Assembly: GCA_023229985.1 (NCBI GenBank)
Contig: JALNYF010000003.1
Location: 650 to 64,649, forward strand
Source: Bacteroidales bacterium
Lineage (GTDB): Bacteria > Bacteroidota > Bacteroidia > Bacteroidales > WCHB1-69
Direction: 5' to 3'
DNA: 64,000 bases
Every line of letters begins with the position of its first letter. Positions within the stretch are counted from its first letter, which is position 1. Shown one piece after another: positions 18,260 through 29,006 of this stretch. A program made the position numbers and the translations under genes. Under the pieces are notes generated by a model. It searched no databases. It was not told the origin of the DNA and saw nothing but the letters and a program-made list of their open reading frames with translations.

Positions 18260-18262
18260 ATT

Positions 18263-19207
18263 ATGAAATCAGGATTTGCCATTGGCATAGATATTGGCGG
18301 GACCAATACCGATATGGGCATTGTAAACCCTAACGGAGAGTGCATCAAAAGAATGAATATCCCGACACAATCGTTCACTAAGGTAGAGGATTACGCTGAC
18401 GAGATAGCGAATGTCATTCGTAAAATGCTATTATCTAATAATATAACAAATATTGATGGCATTGGCATTGGAGCTCCTAACGGGAATTATTTTTCGGGAA
18501 CCATTGACTATGCACCCAATCTTCCATTTAAAGGGAAGATTTTCCTTAAGCAACTTATCAACGAGAGATTGCAAACAAAGGTGGTTTTGACCAACGATGC
18601 CAATGCAGCCGCTTATGGAGAAAAGATTTACGGAAATGCCAAAAACATGAATGATTTTATCATTATCACCATGGGAACGGGCATCGGAAGCGGTATTTTC
18701 GTGGATGGGAAATTAGTATATGGGCACGACGGATTTGCCGGAGAACTGGGACATTGTATTCTTTTTCCCGATGGAAGAAAATGCAGTTGTGGACGCAAAG
18801 GTTGTTTGGAACAATACGCCGCTGCACGCGGTATTCAACAGACATACATAGAGTTACGAAACAACAATGAAGATAAAGGTCTTTTGGCAGATATCGAGAA
18901 CCCCAGCTGTCAAGAATTGTCAAAAGCCGCCAATGAGGGCGACCCACTTGCCATTCAAACGTGGGCTTATACAGGCTATTTATTAGGTATTGCCCTCTCC
19001 AATGCAGTTGCTTTTTCCTCACCGGAAGCCATTTTCCTGATGGGCGGTCCTATGAAAGCCGGAAAATGGCTCTTAGACCCGCTTCGTCAATCTTTTGAAG
19101 AACATCTTTTACCCATTTATCAAAATAAAATTACCATTGCGACTTCGCAACTGAAAGAAAATGATGTCGCCATTTTGGGCGCAGCTGCCTTGGTTTACGA
19201 AAAGTAA
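18263..19207 (+). CDS. ROK-family sugar kinase (glucokinase-like)
   Basis: GIDIGGTNTD ATP motif and the ROK zinc motif CSCGRKGCLEQY. Confidence 0.8.
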   Translation: MKSGFAIGIDIGGTNTDMGIVNPNGECIKRMNIPTQSFTKVEDYADEIANVIRKMLLSNNITNIDGIGIGAPNGNYFSGTIDYAPNLPFKGKIFLKQLINERLQTKVVLTNDANAAAYGEKIYGNAKNMNDFIIITMGTGIGSGIFVDGKLVYGHDGFAGELGHCILFPDGRKCSCGRKGCLEQYAAARGIQQTYIELRNNNEDKGLLADIENPSCQELSKAANEGDPLAIQTWAYTGYLLGIALSNAVAFSSPEAIFLMGGPMKAGKWLLDPLRQSFEEHLLPIYQNKITIATSQLKENDVAILGAAALVYEK

Positions 19208-19211
19208 TAAA

Positions 19212-20537
19212 ATGAATTGGAAACAACTTTTAACGGAAAACAGGATTCGCGAATCAAAGCGACAACAAGATGCACGCAGTGCCTTTGAAAGCGACTTCGG
19301 AAGAATTGTCTTCAGTCCGGCAATGCGAAGAATGCACGACAAAACACAGGTCTTTCCCTTAACCCACGATGACAACATTCACTCCCGCCTGACACACTCC
19401 ATGGAAGTAATGGCTTTAGGGTATTCCTTTAGCATTCTTTTCTGTGAAAGTGAAATTTTCCAGCTAAAAACGAATAAAACACAATACGAACTCTTTCGTG
19501 AGATTCCTATCATTTTAAAAAACAGCTGCCTGATTCATGACATCGGAAATCCACCTTTCGGGCACTTTGGGGAAACCGTCATCCAAGATTTTTTTACAAA
19601 TTTTTTCAAAAAAGAAAATCCTCAACTTCATCTCTCGAACGATGAACAACGGGAATTTATTCACTTCGACGGAAACGCACAAGGACTTCGTGTTTTAACC
19701 AAACTCGAATACATAGATGATTGCTTTGGGCTGAATCTCACTTGTCCTACTTTAGCATCTTGCATCAAATATCCTAATTATCAAGAAATTGACAAATCAC
19801 GAATAGAGACCAAAAAAATCGGGGTCTATCAATCCGAGAAAAAATATTTGGAAAACATCGCCCAAAACTGCGGACTAATCATTGATGGACGAATTGTCAG
19901 ACACCCGCTCTGCTACTTGGTAGAAGCCGCCGATTCCATCTGTTATCTGACCATGGATTTAGATGACGGCTATAACAAAGGTTTGTACACTTTAGATGAA
20001 CTGCATTCCTGCATCGGCAAAGACATTCCCATCATCAACAACATCATGACAAGTGTTGAGACCAATACTGCCAAAATTGCCAAAATCCGCAACGCGCTCA
20101 TCACAGAATTGGTCAATATCGCTTTTCAAAACTTTGAAAATAATATTGAGCAAATTGAAAACGGGACTTTTAATCAAGAACTAATATTTTTCAATTCTCT
20201 CTTAGCCCACCATTTACAAAAATTCTGCATTGAAAAAATCTTCTCTATCGAAGAAATCTATTCTTTAGAACTCATCGGGCATTCGGTCATAACGGGACTA
20301 TTGGATTTTTACATGGATTGTCTTTTTTTCAGAAGTCCGGAATACCGCAAAAGAGCCATCAAGTTAATACCTGAAAGCATTATCAATCTTGCCATAAAGG
20401 AAAATGCGCCCCACGCACAATCCTTCAACGACTTAACAGATTATTACAAATTACGTATTTTGGTAGATTATATTTCCGGTATGACCGACAAATATGCGCT
20501 TCGTCACTTCCAAGATATCAGCGGACAGAGACGATAA
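19212..20537 (+). CDS. dgt: dGTP triphosphohydrolase-like HD-domain protein
   Basis: FESDFGRIVFSPAMRRM, HSRLTHSMEV and HDIGNPPFGH motifs. Start set to MNWKQLL (19212), just after the ROK stop, instead of the overlapping track start. Confidence 0.8.
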   Translation: MNWKQLLTENRIRESKRQQDARSAFESDFGRIVFSPAMRRMHDKTQVFPLTHDDNIHSRLTHSMEVMALGYSFSILFCESEIFQLKTNKTQYELFREIPIILKNSCLIHDIGNPPFGHFGETVIQDFFTNFFKKENPQLHLSNDEQREFIHFDGNAQGLRVLTKLEYIDDCFGLNLTCPTLASCIKYPNYQEIDKSRIETKKIGVYQSEKKYLENIAQNCGLIIDGRIVRHPLCYLVEAADSICYLTMDLDDGYNKGLYTLDELHSCIGKDIPIINNIMTSVETNTAKIAKIRNALITELVNIAFQNFENNIEQIENGTFNQELIFFNSLLAHHLQKFCIEKIFSIEEIYSLELIGHSVITGLLDFYMDCLFFRSPEYRKRAIKLIPESIINLAIKENAPHAQSFNDLTDYYKLRILVDYISGMTDKYALRHFQDISGQRR

Positions 20538-20556
20538 TCATTGCGATCCGTTTTTC

Positions 20557-21912
20557 CTATTGTTTCTCAACCAAAACAGTTGCAAAATCTTCCAAATTGA
20601 TACCGCCAAAATCGCCGGAACTCATCAGCAAAAAAACAGATTTTTGATGTTTTATTTCCAATAATCGGGTTTTTAATAATTCCGAATCATTAAAGATTTC
20701 CAAATCGCGGCGAGCAAAAGAGTTATATACCATTTCTTCCGTAATTGGAGGTAATTTCTTATGTTCCACTGCTTTGTGCTCAAAGAAAATCATGGCAGTA
20801 TCGGCGTCATCCATCACATTCCGATACTCTTTCAGGAATGTTTCGGAAAGACTGCTGAAAGTATGCAGCTCCATACAAGCAATTAAATGATAATCGGGAT
20901 ACTGTTCGCGGACTGCCTGAATGGTTGCTTTCAACTTGGAAGGGGAATGTGCAAAATCCTTATAGACAACAGTTTCCTTACTTTTTCCAATCAACTCCAG
21001 CCGTTTTGATGCGCCTTTAAAAGACTGAATGGCGGCATAAAATTGTTCATCGGTAACGCCAATTGCGTGGCACGCAAAACGAGCAGCGTTCAAATTTGCC
21101 AGATTATGTTTACCAAAAATCTGAAGAGGAATTTCACCCGTTTCCGTTTTAAGATATGTGATTCCCGCGCGAATAACGTAGGGGTGAACAGTATAAGCAA
21201 TCTTGAACGGAGTGTCAATCTTCTCACTCATTATTTTCAAAACAGGATCATCTGCACAATAAATATAGGTGTCGTCAATCATTTCGGCAAATATCCTAAA
21301 TTGGTCAATGTAAATATCAAAGGTCGGAAAGACATTGATGTGGTCCCACGCTATCCCGCTAATAATTCCCACATTAGGTTTGTAAAGGTGAAATTTTGAT
21401 CTTCGGTCAATCGGCGAGGTTAAGTATTCGTCGCCTTCCATTATCATCAATTGGGCACTCTCCGACAATTTCACCATCACCTCAAAACCAGCCAATTGTG
21501 CTCCTACCATATAATCGCACTCCACATGATTAAATTGCAAAACGTGAATAATCATCGCGGTAATGGTTGTTTTGCCGTGACTTCCGCCCACAACGACCCG
21601 CGTTTTATTCTTGCTTTGCTCATATAAAAATTCGGGATAGGAGTATATTGTCAAACCTAATTCCTTAGCTCTCAGCAATTCCGGATTATCAATACGCGCG
21701 TGCATTCCTAAAATCACAGCGTCTAAGTCGGGGGTAATTTTGTCCGGATTCCAACCAATGGCTGCAGGAAGTAATCCATATTTTTCTAATCTCCCTTTAG
21801 CCGGATTAAAAATTTCGTCATCAGAACCGGTAATTCTATACCCTTTTAAATGTAAGGCTATTGCCAAATTATGCATGGCACTTCCACCAATGGCAATAAA
21901 ATGAATTTTCAT
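20557..21912 (-). CDS. mpl: Mur-ligase family protein, Mpl-like (UDP-N-acetylmuramate:tripeptide ligase type)
   Basis: MKIHFIAIGGSAMHNLA...TGSDD N-terminal domain and the GGSHGKTTITAM P-loop. Confidence 0.7.
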   Translation of the reverse strand: MKIHFIAIGGSAMHNLAIALHLKGYRITGSDDEIFNPAKGRLEKYGLLPAAIGWNPDKITPDLDAVILGMHARIDNPELLRAKELGLTIYSYPEFLYEQSKNKTRVVVGGSHGKTTITAMIIHVLQFNHVECDYMVGAQLAGFEVMVKLSESAQLMIMEGDEYLTSPIDRRSKFHLYKPNVGIISGIAWDHINVFPTFDIYIDQFRIFAEMIDDTYIYCADDPVLKIMSEKIDTPFKIAYTVHPYVIRAGITYLKTETGEIPLQIFGKHNLANLNAARFACHAIGVTDEQFYAAIQSFKGASKRLELIGKSKETVVYKDFAHSPSKLKATIQAVREQYPDYHLIACMELHTFSSLSETFLKEYRNVMDDADTAMIFFEHKAVEHKKLPPITEEMVYNSFARRDLEIFNDSELLKTRLLEIKHQKSVFLLMSSGDFGGINLEDFATVLVEKQ

Positions 21913-21929
21913 ATATAATTATCAATTAG

Positions 21930-22364
21930 TTATTTAATTCCACTGCTTCCAAATCCCCCACTACTTCTGTCGGTCTCCGACAACGTCTGCACCAATTCCC
22001 ACTCCACCGTTTCGTGTTTAGCAATCACCATTTGCGCAATTCTCTCTCCATGCTCAATTTTAAAAGAGACATTCGACAAATTAACAAGGAGAATTTTGAT
22101 TTCTCCACGATAATCTGCATCAATGGTACCCGGCGAATTAAGCACGGTAATTCCATTTTTCATTGCTAAGCCGCTGCGGGGACGTATTTGCGCTTCGTAG
22201 CCTAACGGAAGTTCAATAAAAAGACCTGTAGGCACTAACGCACGCTCCAGCGGTTGAAGAACGATCAGAGCGTCTAAATTGGCACGCAAATCTACTCCTG
22301 CCGCTCCTTGAGTCGCATACTGCGGCAATTGATTGTTTGATTGATTAACGATTTTACACTTCAT
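21930..22364 (-). CDS. dut: dUTP diphosphatase
   Basis: [14 protein letters not shown] and [10 protein letters not shown] motifs; 144 aa. Confidence 0.95.
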   Translation of the reverse strand: MKCKIVNQSNNQLPQYATQGAAGVDLRANLDALIVLQPLERALVPTGLFIELPLGYEAQIRPRSGLAMKNGITVLNSPGTIDADYRGEIKILLVNLSNVSFKIEHGERIAQMVIAKHETVEWELVQTLSETDRSSGGFGSSGIK

Positions 22365-22540
22365 AATTTCAATATATCTACGTAATAATAGTACTATTTG
22401 CTGAAAATCTCAATAAAATCAGTCAAACCGTAAGGTATTTTTTTACTGACATGATAAAAAGTTTGCAACAACGATACGATTTTTTAATTGAATGACAGAA
22501 TAAATATTTCAGAGTTATGAAAAAAAACAAATAATCGGAA

Positions 22541-23284
22541 TCAATTTGAACCGACGGACTCTTTCAGATATTTTCGTGAGAAAACATTATATTTCAAGAT
22601 ACAGTACAATGCTCTGAAACCATCTTTCCAACCTATTTTTTTCCCTTCTTTGTATGTTCTTCCATAATAAGAAATTCCGACTTCATAAATTCTAATATGT
22701 TCAAAACGAGCAATTTTAGCAGTTACCTCGGGTTCAAATCCAAATCTGTTTTCCTTAAATAAAATGCGTTTAACAATGTCTGCGCGAAAAAGTTTGTAAC
22801 ATGTTTCCATGTCGGTGAGATTTAAGTTGGTAAACATATTGGAAATGAATGTCAGAAATTGATTTCCGATAGAGTGCCAGAAAAAGAGAATCCGATGTGG
22901 ATTACCACCTAAAAATCGAGAGCCATAAACAACATCAGCGAAGCCACGTACAATAGGTACCAATAAAAGGTTGTATTCATTCGGGTCATATTCAAGATCA
23001 GCATCTTGAATAATAATATAATTGCCGGTAGCGACCTCAATACCCCGATGCAGGGCTGCTCCTTTCCCCTGATTATAAGGCTGCTCAACCAATTTAATAT
23101 TCACATTAGTATGAAGTGTGATATATTGTACCACAATGGAGGAGGTCTCATCTTTGGAACAATCATTGACAACAATAATTTCTTTTTCAAAATTGTTGAT
23201 CAATTCAACTGCTAATACAGCATCTAAAATCTGTTGTATGGTTTGCGCCTCATTGTAGGCCGGAATAATAATCGAAAGTACCAT
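22541..23284 (-). CDS. Family 2 glycosyltransferase (polyprenol-phosphate sugar transferase-like)
   Basis: [18 protein letters not shown] and [11 protein letters not shown] motifs. Start set to MVLSIIIP (23284), supported by the -7 box at 23307-23314 inside the longer track ORF. Confidence 0.8.
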   Translation of the reverse strand: MVLSIIIPAYNEAQTIQQILDAVLAVELINNFEKEIIVVNDCSKDETSSIVVQYITLHTNVNIKLVEQPYNQGKGAALHRGIEVATGNYIIIQDADLEYDPNEYNLLLVPIVRGFADVVYGSRFLGGNPHRILFFWHSIGNQFLTFISNMFTNLNLTDMETCYKLFRADIVKRILFKENRFGFEPEVTAKIARFEHIRIYEVGISYYGRTYKEGKKIGWKDGFRALYCILKYNVFSRKYLKESVGSN

Positions 23285-23306
23285 TATTTTTATCTCTATT
23301 AAGTGG

Positions 23307-23314
23307 CAAAAATA
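23307..23314 (-). promoter_or_regulatory. -7 box TATTTTTG upstream of the GT2 gene
   Basis: CAAAAATA on plus strand, 23 nt upstream of the ATG at 23284. Confidence 0.45.
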
Positions 23315-23544
23315 CAAAAAATAATTTCTGTTACAACACCTTGTTTTGTTTATTTTCAAACAATGCTTTTTAACTGCTCAAGCGTGTTTGATTAAAAAAA
23401 ATGTCACTTACGCTTAAAATCTGCTTATTTATTCCAAATAAACATACCTATCATTATTTCTCACTATTACTGTCCGGTAAATGATAGAAAAACTTCGATA
23501 GGTTTAATAACCGATGTTAATCAATCAAACAGCTATTTATAAGC

Positions 23545-23584
23545 AATAAAAAGCCTTACCACCTCAAAAGAAGTAGTAAGGTTT
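23545..23584 (-). terminator. Intrinsic terminator after rpsJ
   Basis: On the gene strand: AAACCTTACTAC-loop-GTGGTAAGGCTT followed by TTTATT (12-bp stem, one mismatch, one G-U); 27 nt after the rpsJ stop. Confidence 0.6.
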
Positions 23585-23610
23585 AATTGAACACAGCAAA
23601 AGGCAAATAC

Positions 23611-23925
23611 TTAAGCTTTGATTTCTACATCTACACCACTGGGCAATTCCAAACGCATCAAAGCGTCAATGGTTTTAGAAGTAGTACCGTAAATATCCAA
23701 TAATCTTTTGTAAGTAGAGAGTTCAAATTGCTCTCTAGATTTTTTATTTACAAAAGTAGAACGGTTTACCGTAAAGATTTTTTTATGGGTTGGAAGTGGA
23801 ATAGGTCCTACCAAAACCACTTTGCTGTCTTTAACGGCATTGACGGTTTTCACGATTTTCTCAGCTGATTTGTCAACCAAATTGTGGTCAAACGATTTTA
23901 ATTTAATTCTAATTCTTTCGCTCAC
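23611..23925 (-). CDS. rpsJ: 30S ribosomal protein S10
   Basis: (M)[17 protein letters not shown]...; GTG start codon at 23923-23925; 104 aa. Confidence 0.95.
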   Translation of the reverse strand: MSERIRIKLKSFDHNLVDKSAEKIVKTVNAVKDSKVVLVGPIPLPTHKKIFTVNRSTFVNKKSREQFELSTYKRLLDIYGTTSKTIDALMRLELPSGVDVEIKA

Positions 23926-23969
23926 TGTTTTTTAGTTTTAATTTATCGAATAATTATGTTTAATTTCTT

Positions 23970-26069
23970 TTATAAAAGGGCATATCTCCCTACGTTTAAT
24001 ATATATTCTTGAATGTCTGCCGGAACTTCTGCATATTTCAGAAACTCCATAGAGTAAGTAGCTCTTCCTGAGGTAATTGAGCGTAAATTAGTTACATAAC
24101 CAAACATTTCAGCAAGGGGCACTTGCGCCTTGATAATTTGGAAACCAATTTTAGCATCAATTTGTTCAAGCACAGCTCTTTTTCTGTTCAAATCGCTCGT
24201 TACGTTTCCAATATACTCATCCGGCGTAACGATTTCAATTTTCATAATAGGTTCCAAAATAATGGATTTCACTTTACGAGAAGCCTCACGAAAACCAATT
24301 TTGGCACAAATTTCAAAAGATAAAGCATCGGAATCTACACTGTGAAAACTACCATCTTTGAGAGTAACCTTCAAATTCTCAAGTGGAAATCCGGCTAAAA
24401 CACCGTTTAACATAGCAATTTTGAACCCTTTTTCCACTGCGGGGACAAATTCTTTCGGAAGGTTGCCGCCCTTCACTTCACTGACAAATTGCAAACCGCG
24501 TTGGCTCAATGGGAGTGGCTCCATCTCGAAATCTATTTCAGCGAATGAACCCTTACCACCGGTCTGTTTTTTGTAAGTTTCGTGATGCGTAATTGACTCT
24601 CTAATAGCTTCTTTGTATGCAACACGGGGTTTCCCATGATTGCACGCCACATTAAACTCACGTTTAAGTCTGTCTAACAAAATATCCAAATGCAACTCAC
24701 CCATTCCGTTAATGACGGTTTGACCGGAATCGGGATCCACTTTAACGGTAAAAGTAGGATCTTCTTCTGCCAAACGCGCCAAGGCGTTCATCAGTTTGTC
24801 GTCGTCGTCTTTGGTTTTCGGTTCAATGGCAACATGGATAACGGGGTCTGGAAAATTGATATTTTCGAGCAGAATCGGATGTTTTTCTTCTGTCAGGCTG
24901 TCTCCGGTATGGATTTCTTTCATACCGACCAAGGCCACAATATTTCCCGCGGAAACACTTTCCAAGAGTTGTTGTTTATTGGAGTGCATTTGCAGGATTT
25001 TAGCCACGCGCTCCCGTTTTTCGGTATTGGCATTCCAAACCACGTCCCCTGATTTCAGTTCGCCGGAATAGACTTTAATAAAAGTCAGTTTCCCAACATA
25101 CGGGTCAGTAGCAATTTTGAAAGCCAAAGCGGAGAAAGGAGCCTGTACATCGCAATTTCGGGTTTCTTCTTTTTCGGTTTTAGGGTTAATACCTTGAATG
25201 GCAGGCATGTCTTGCGGAGATGGCAAATACATGACTACGGCATCAATTAATTTTTGTACCCCTTTATTTTTAAAAGATGAACCGCATAAAACGGGGTTAA
25301 TTTGTCGATTGATGGTAGCGTTGCGAATAATTCGTATCAGTTCTTCGGCAGTAATGCTATCGGGATCCTCGAAATATTTCTCCATCAGGGAATCGTCGAA
25401 GCCTGCCAATGTTTCGATTAATTTTGTTCGATACTCGGCAGCATCTTGTTCCATATCTTCGGGAATGTCATAGACTTCAAACGTCGCACCTTTATCTTCT
25501 TCGTTCCAGATATAGGATTTCATTTCGATAAGGTCCACAATTCCTGCGAATGAATCTTCGGCACCGATAGGCAGGGAAAGGACGACGGGATTTGCATCTA
25601 ACTTCTCACGCAGTTGGTCAACCACGGAGAAGAAGTTAGCACCTTGTCTGTCCATTTTATTGACATAGCAGATACGAGCAACGTTATACCTATTAGCTTG
25701 CCGCCAAACGGTTTCGGATTGAGGTTGAACGCCACCCACCGCACAAAAGAGTGCAACGGCACCGTCCAAAATCCGCAAAGAACGTTCTACTTCAACCGTA
25801 AAATCAACGTGTCCGGGGGTATCAATGATATTAATCTTGAACTCCTCGGACTTGTATTTCCACAGTACGGTAGTGGCGGCGCTGGTGATGGTGATACCGC
25901 GTTCTTGCTCCTGCACCATCCAATCCATGGTTGCGGTACCTTCATCAACCTCGCCTATTTTGTAATTTTTTCCGGTATAAAAAAGGATTCTTTCGGTAGT
26001 GGTTGTCTTACCGGCATCAATGTGAGCCATAATACCGATATTTCTTATATTCGACAACTTATCCGACAT
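23970..26069 (-). CDS. fusA: Elongation factor G
   Basis: [13 protein letters not shown]1 motif, DTPGHVDF; 699 aa; str-operon position. Confidence 0.97.
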   Translation of the reverse strand: MSDKLSNIRNIGIMAHIDAGKTTTTERILFYTGKNYKIGEVDEGTATMDWMVQEQERGITITSAATTVLWKYKSEEFKINIIDTPGHVDFTVEVERSLRILDGAVALFCAVGGVQPQSETVWRQANRYNVARICYVNKMDRQGANFFSVVDQLREKLDANPVVLSLPIGAEDSFAGIVDLIEMKSYIWNEEDKGATFEVYDIPEDMEQDAAEYRTKLIETLAGFDDSLMEKYFEDPDSITAEELIRIIRNATINRQINPVLCGSSFKNKGVQKLIDAVVMYLPSPQDMPAIQGINPKTEKEETRNCDVQAPFSALAFKIATDPYVGKLTFIKVYSGELKSGDVVWNANTEKRERVAKILQMHSNKQQLLESVSAGNIVALVGMKEIHTGDSLTEEKHPILLENINFPDPVIHVAIEPKTKDDDDKLMNALARLAEEDPTFTVKVDPDSGQTVINGMGELHLDILLDRLKREFNVACNHGKPRVAYKEAIRESITHHETYKKQTGGKGSFAEIDFEMEPLPLSQRGLQFVSEVKGGNLPKEFVPAVEKGFKIAMLNGVLAGFPLENLKVTLKDGSFHSVDSDALSFEICAKIGFREASRKVKSIILEPIMKIEIVTPDEYIGNVTSDLNRKRAVLEQIDAKIGFQIIKAQVPLAEMFGYVTNLRSITSGRATYSMEFLKYAEVPADIQEYILNVGRYALL

Positions 26070-26105
26070 AAAACCCTTCTTTCCTTAACTTATTAAAAGC
26101 TAACA

Positions 26106-26573
26106 TTAAAATCTGAAATGAGAGAAAGCTTTATTGGCTTCAGCCATTCTGTGAGTATCTTCTTTACGTTTGAAAGCAGCACCTTCTTCTTTGTATGCAG
26201 CCATGATTTCGGCGGCTAATTTGGCAGCCATTGATTTTTCGTGGCGTTTGCGGGCAAAATTAATCAAGTTTTTCATGCCGACTGATTGTTTTCTTGCCGG
26301 ACGCAATTCGGTTGGTATTTGGAAAGTGGCACCACCGATTCTTCTACTCTTTACTTCCAATGCAGGAGTAACGTTTGCCAAGGCTTGTTTCCAAACTTCA
26401 ACTCCGTTTTCTTTCGTTTTTTCTTCTACAATGTCAATAGCATCATAAAAAATCTCGAAAGCAGTTTGTTTTTTTCCCATTAACATGATGTTGTTGGCAA
26501 ATTTGGTTACCATTACATCATTAAATTTAGGATCCGGGAGGATTATCCTACTTTTTGGTTTTGATTTTCTCAT
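26106..26573 (-). CDS. rpsG: 30S ribosomal protein S7
   Basis: [16 protein letters not shown]...; 155 aa; between rpsL and fusA. Confidence 0.97.
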   Translation of the reverse strand: MRKSKPKSRIILPDPKFNDVMVTKFANNIMLMGKKQTAFEIFYDAIDIVEEKTKENGVEVWKQALANVTPALEVKSRRIGGATFQIPTELRPARKQSVGMKNLINFARKRHEKSMAAKLAAEIMAAYKEEGAAFKRKEDTHRMAEANKAFSHFRF

Positions 26574-26650
26574 AGTTTTGTAACTTCAATATGATTATTT
26601 ACTCTTGAGAACACCCATTTTGGTGCTCAATTTACATTAATTAATTCGGT

Positions 26651-27031
26651 TTATGCTTTTTTCTTGGGACGTTTTGCACCATATTTGGAGCGACCTTGCA
26701 ATCTACCTTCAACGCCGGCAGAATCCAATGCGCCTCTTACAATGTGATATCTAACACCCGGTAAGTCTTTTACACGACCTCCACGTACCAAAACAATGGA
26801 GTGTTCCTGCAAATTGTGACCTTCGCCCGGAATGTAAGCATTCACTTCTTTTTGATTTTGTAAACGAACCCTCGCTACTTTTCGCATAGCTGAATTAGGT
26901 TTTTTGGGAGTGGTTGTATAAACTCTTAAACAAACTCCACGTTTTTGTGGACATGCGTCCAACGCTCTTGACTTGCTTTGCGAAGTCAATTTCTTTCTTC
27001 CTTTTCTTACTAATTGTTGTATTGTCGGCAT
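26651..27031 (-). CDS. rpsL: 30S ribosomal protein S12
   Basis: [12 protein letters not shown]...[17 protein letters not shown]. Confidence 0.97.
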   Translation of the reverse strand: MPTIQQLVRKGRKKLTSQSKSRALDACPQKRGVCLRVYTTTPKKPNSAMRKVARVRLQNQKEVNAYIPGEGHNLQEHSIVLVRGGRVKDLPGVRYHIVRGALDSAGVEGRLQGRSKYGAKRPKKKA

Positions 27032-27100
27032 ACTATTAAATGATTAAATCTGTAATTTTCAATAATTTTCGATGATAAAGTTCTCAATTTTTTAAGGCTG

Positions 27101-27108
27101 CAAAAATA
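27101..27108 (-). promoter_or_regulatory. -7 box TATTTTTG upstream of rpsL (str operon promoter)
   Basis: CAAAAATA on plus strand, 70 nt upstream of the ATG. Confidence 0.5.
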
Positions 27109-27219
27109 CACTTTTTTTTCATACAGACAATCATCATTTTAAAAAAAATAAAATAATTAATAGAAAGTACAAAAAAGGAGCTACAGAACCCTGAAATTGC
27201 AGGTAGTAGGCGCATCAAT

Positions 27220-27708
27220 TTATTTTTTGATGGTAACACTTGCTATCACGGCAACCCCTTCGCCACTTCCAACAAAACCCATTTGCTCGTTTGTTTTTGC
27301 CTTAATGGAAACAACGTCCGGAGTAATCTGCAAAATTGTTGCCAACAAATTTTGCATCGCCACTTTATACGGAGACAACTTCGGCTTTTCTAAAATAATG
27401 GTAATATCTACATTATTCACTACCCAACGATGTTGGTGTAAAAGCATTACTGTTTTTTCCAAAAGAATGGTACTGTCAATATTTTTAAAGGCGGGATCAT
27501 TATCGGGGAAATGAGTGCCGATATCTTGGAGAGCAGCTGCGCCCAACAGAGCGTCGCATAAGGCATGAATAACCACGTCGCCGTCTGAATGAGCAACACA
27601 ACCTTTGTTAAATGGAATCGGAACACCGGCTAATCGCAAGGGCAAATTGTCAGCCAAACGATGGGAATCATACCCTAAACCAACCCTAAAATCGACGCTA
27701 TCTTGCAT
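27220..27708 (-). CDS. ispF: 2-C-methyl-D-erythritol 2,4-cyclodiphosphate synthase
   Basis: RVGLGYDSHRL and HSDGDV motifs; its start overlaps the porV stop by 11 nt. Confidence 0.9.
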   Translation of the reverse strand: MQDSVDFRVGLGYDSHRLADNLPLRLAGVPIPFNKGCVAHSDGDVVIHALCDALLGAAALQDIGTHFPDNDPAFKNIDSTILLEKTVMLLHQHRWVVNNVDITIILEKPKLSPYKVAMQNLLATILQITPDVVSIKAKTNEQMGFVGSGEGVAVIASVTIKK

Positions 27709-28948
27709 TCAGTTTTCCTTGTTCTTTGATCTCTTGTTTATCAAAAGAGGCAAAATCGAAAGTAAGGGTGAAGCGCAAAGTATTTTCCAGCGGGTGATGT
27801 TGATCAACAGTGAACAAATAAGCCACATCTAAGCCGAAAACACTATAATGAAGTCCGGCACCAATGGTAATAAACTGACGGTTTCCTTTATAAGGGCTTT
27901 CGAAGAAATATCCGGCTCTAACAGCCAAAAGTTCTCGATAAGTATATTCAATACCAACGGAATAATTAATTTCCCGCATTTCTTCTCTGAAACCACCGGG
28001 GGCATCTCCAAAAGATTGAAAAATACCTTCAACGACCGAAACATCAGGATTTTTTCCGCGTGCAATGATGCGATTTCCGGCAGCATCATATACATAATGG
28101 TCAGCAGAATCCAATTGATAAACCGGCGGGGTGGGGACTAATAATTTGTTGATTTCCGCACCAAACATCAGGGAATTATATTTATCGAAATCCATCGTAT
28201 AAGAGAGCCCCAATTTAAGATTGGTCGGGAGGAAGTCACGGCGCAATGTACCGGACGAATAGGAAATTTTATTTCCGATATTAGAAATATTTAAACCTGC
28301 TCTTAAAGTGCTGTTTTCTAATCTTTTTGTTCTGAAATCCTGTTCATAGAAGAGGGATAAATCGGCTGCACCGGCTAAGCCCGCCTCGGTATCCTGCCCA
28401 CCTACATTTTGACCCGCAGTCAAATTGGAGTAGATAAAGCGCGGGGTTAAAGAGATGGAGAGTTCGTCTATCAACTTGCGGGAGTAGCCCAAATCAATCG
28501 CAAATTCGTTTGGTTTTTGGTTACCCATCGATTCGCCGTTGATGTCGGTAAAAGCGATGTCACCCAAAGAGAAATATCTCAAAGAGAAAGAGATAGCATC
28601 ATTATCTGTTATTTTATAGTAGGAGGAGAGGTATAACAGGTTAATATCGTTTACCAATTTACGCAGCCATGGGCTATAGGAAATGGAGATGCCAAATATA
28701 TTGTCGTTAAAGACATATTTTGCCGGATTATGGTGTTGTGAATTGGCATCGGCAGATGTTGCCACGCCCATATCTCCCATTGCGCCGGCACGTGAGTCCG
28801 GAGCCACCAACAAGAAAGGAACTGCAGTCGTAATCGTGTTCAAATAACCGCGTCCAAGGTAATCATAATTTTTTCCATCAATAGTTTGAGCTAAAAGAGA
28901 GTTGCATAAGAGGATGACCACAGCTGACAAACAAAATAATTTCTTCAT
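27698..28948 (-). CDS. porV: T9SS outer-membrane shuttle protein PorV (LptO)
   Basis: TAVPFLLVAPDSRAGAMGDMGVATSADANSQHHNPAKY is the PorV N-terminal signature; beta-barrel-like alternating pattern; adjacent to porU. Confidence 0.85.
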   Translation of the reverse strand: MKKLFCLSAVVILLCNSLLAQTIDGKNYDYLGRGYLNTITTAVPFLLVAPDSRAGAMGDMGVATSADANSQHHNPAKYVFNDNIFGISISYSPWLRKLVNDINLLYLSSYYKITDNDAISFSLRYFSLGDIAFTDINGESMGNQKPNEFAIDLGYSRKLIDELSISLTPRFIYSNLTAGQNVGGQDTEAGLAGAADLSLFYEQDFRTKRLENSTLRAGLNISNIGNKISYSSGTLRRDFLPTNLKLGLSYTMDFDKYNSLMFGAEINKLLVPTPPVYQLDSADHYVYDAAGNRIIARGKNPDVSVVEGIFQSFGDAPGGFREEMREINYSVGIEYTYRELLAVRAGYFFESPYKGNRQFITIGAGLHYSVFGLDVAYLFTVDQHHPLENTLRFTLTFDFASFDKQEIKEQGKLNAR

Positions 28949-29006
28949 TCTAATTATTATTTAGATTTATAAAACGATAGAGTAACGTAATTTTTATATT
29001 CTTATT

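Noticed and set aside
23430-23520. Nested short inverted repeats (CCTATCATT...AATGATAG...GATAGG) in the GT2-rpsJ spacer as a possible riboswitch or sRNA
   Set aside because: The stems are 6-8 bp, AT-rich, and match no riboswitch core I know. This could easily arise by chance in AT-rich DNA.
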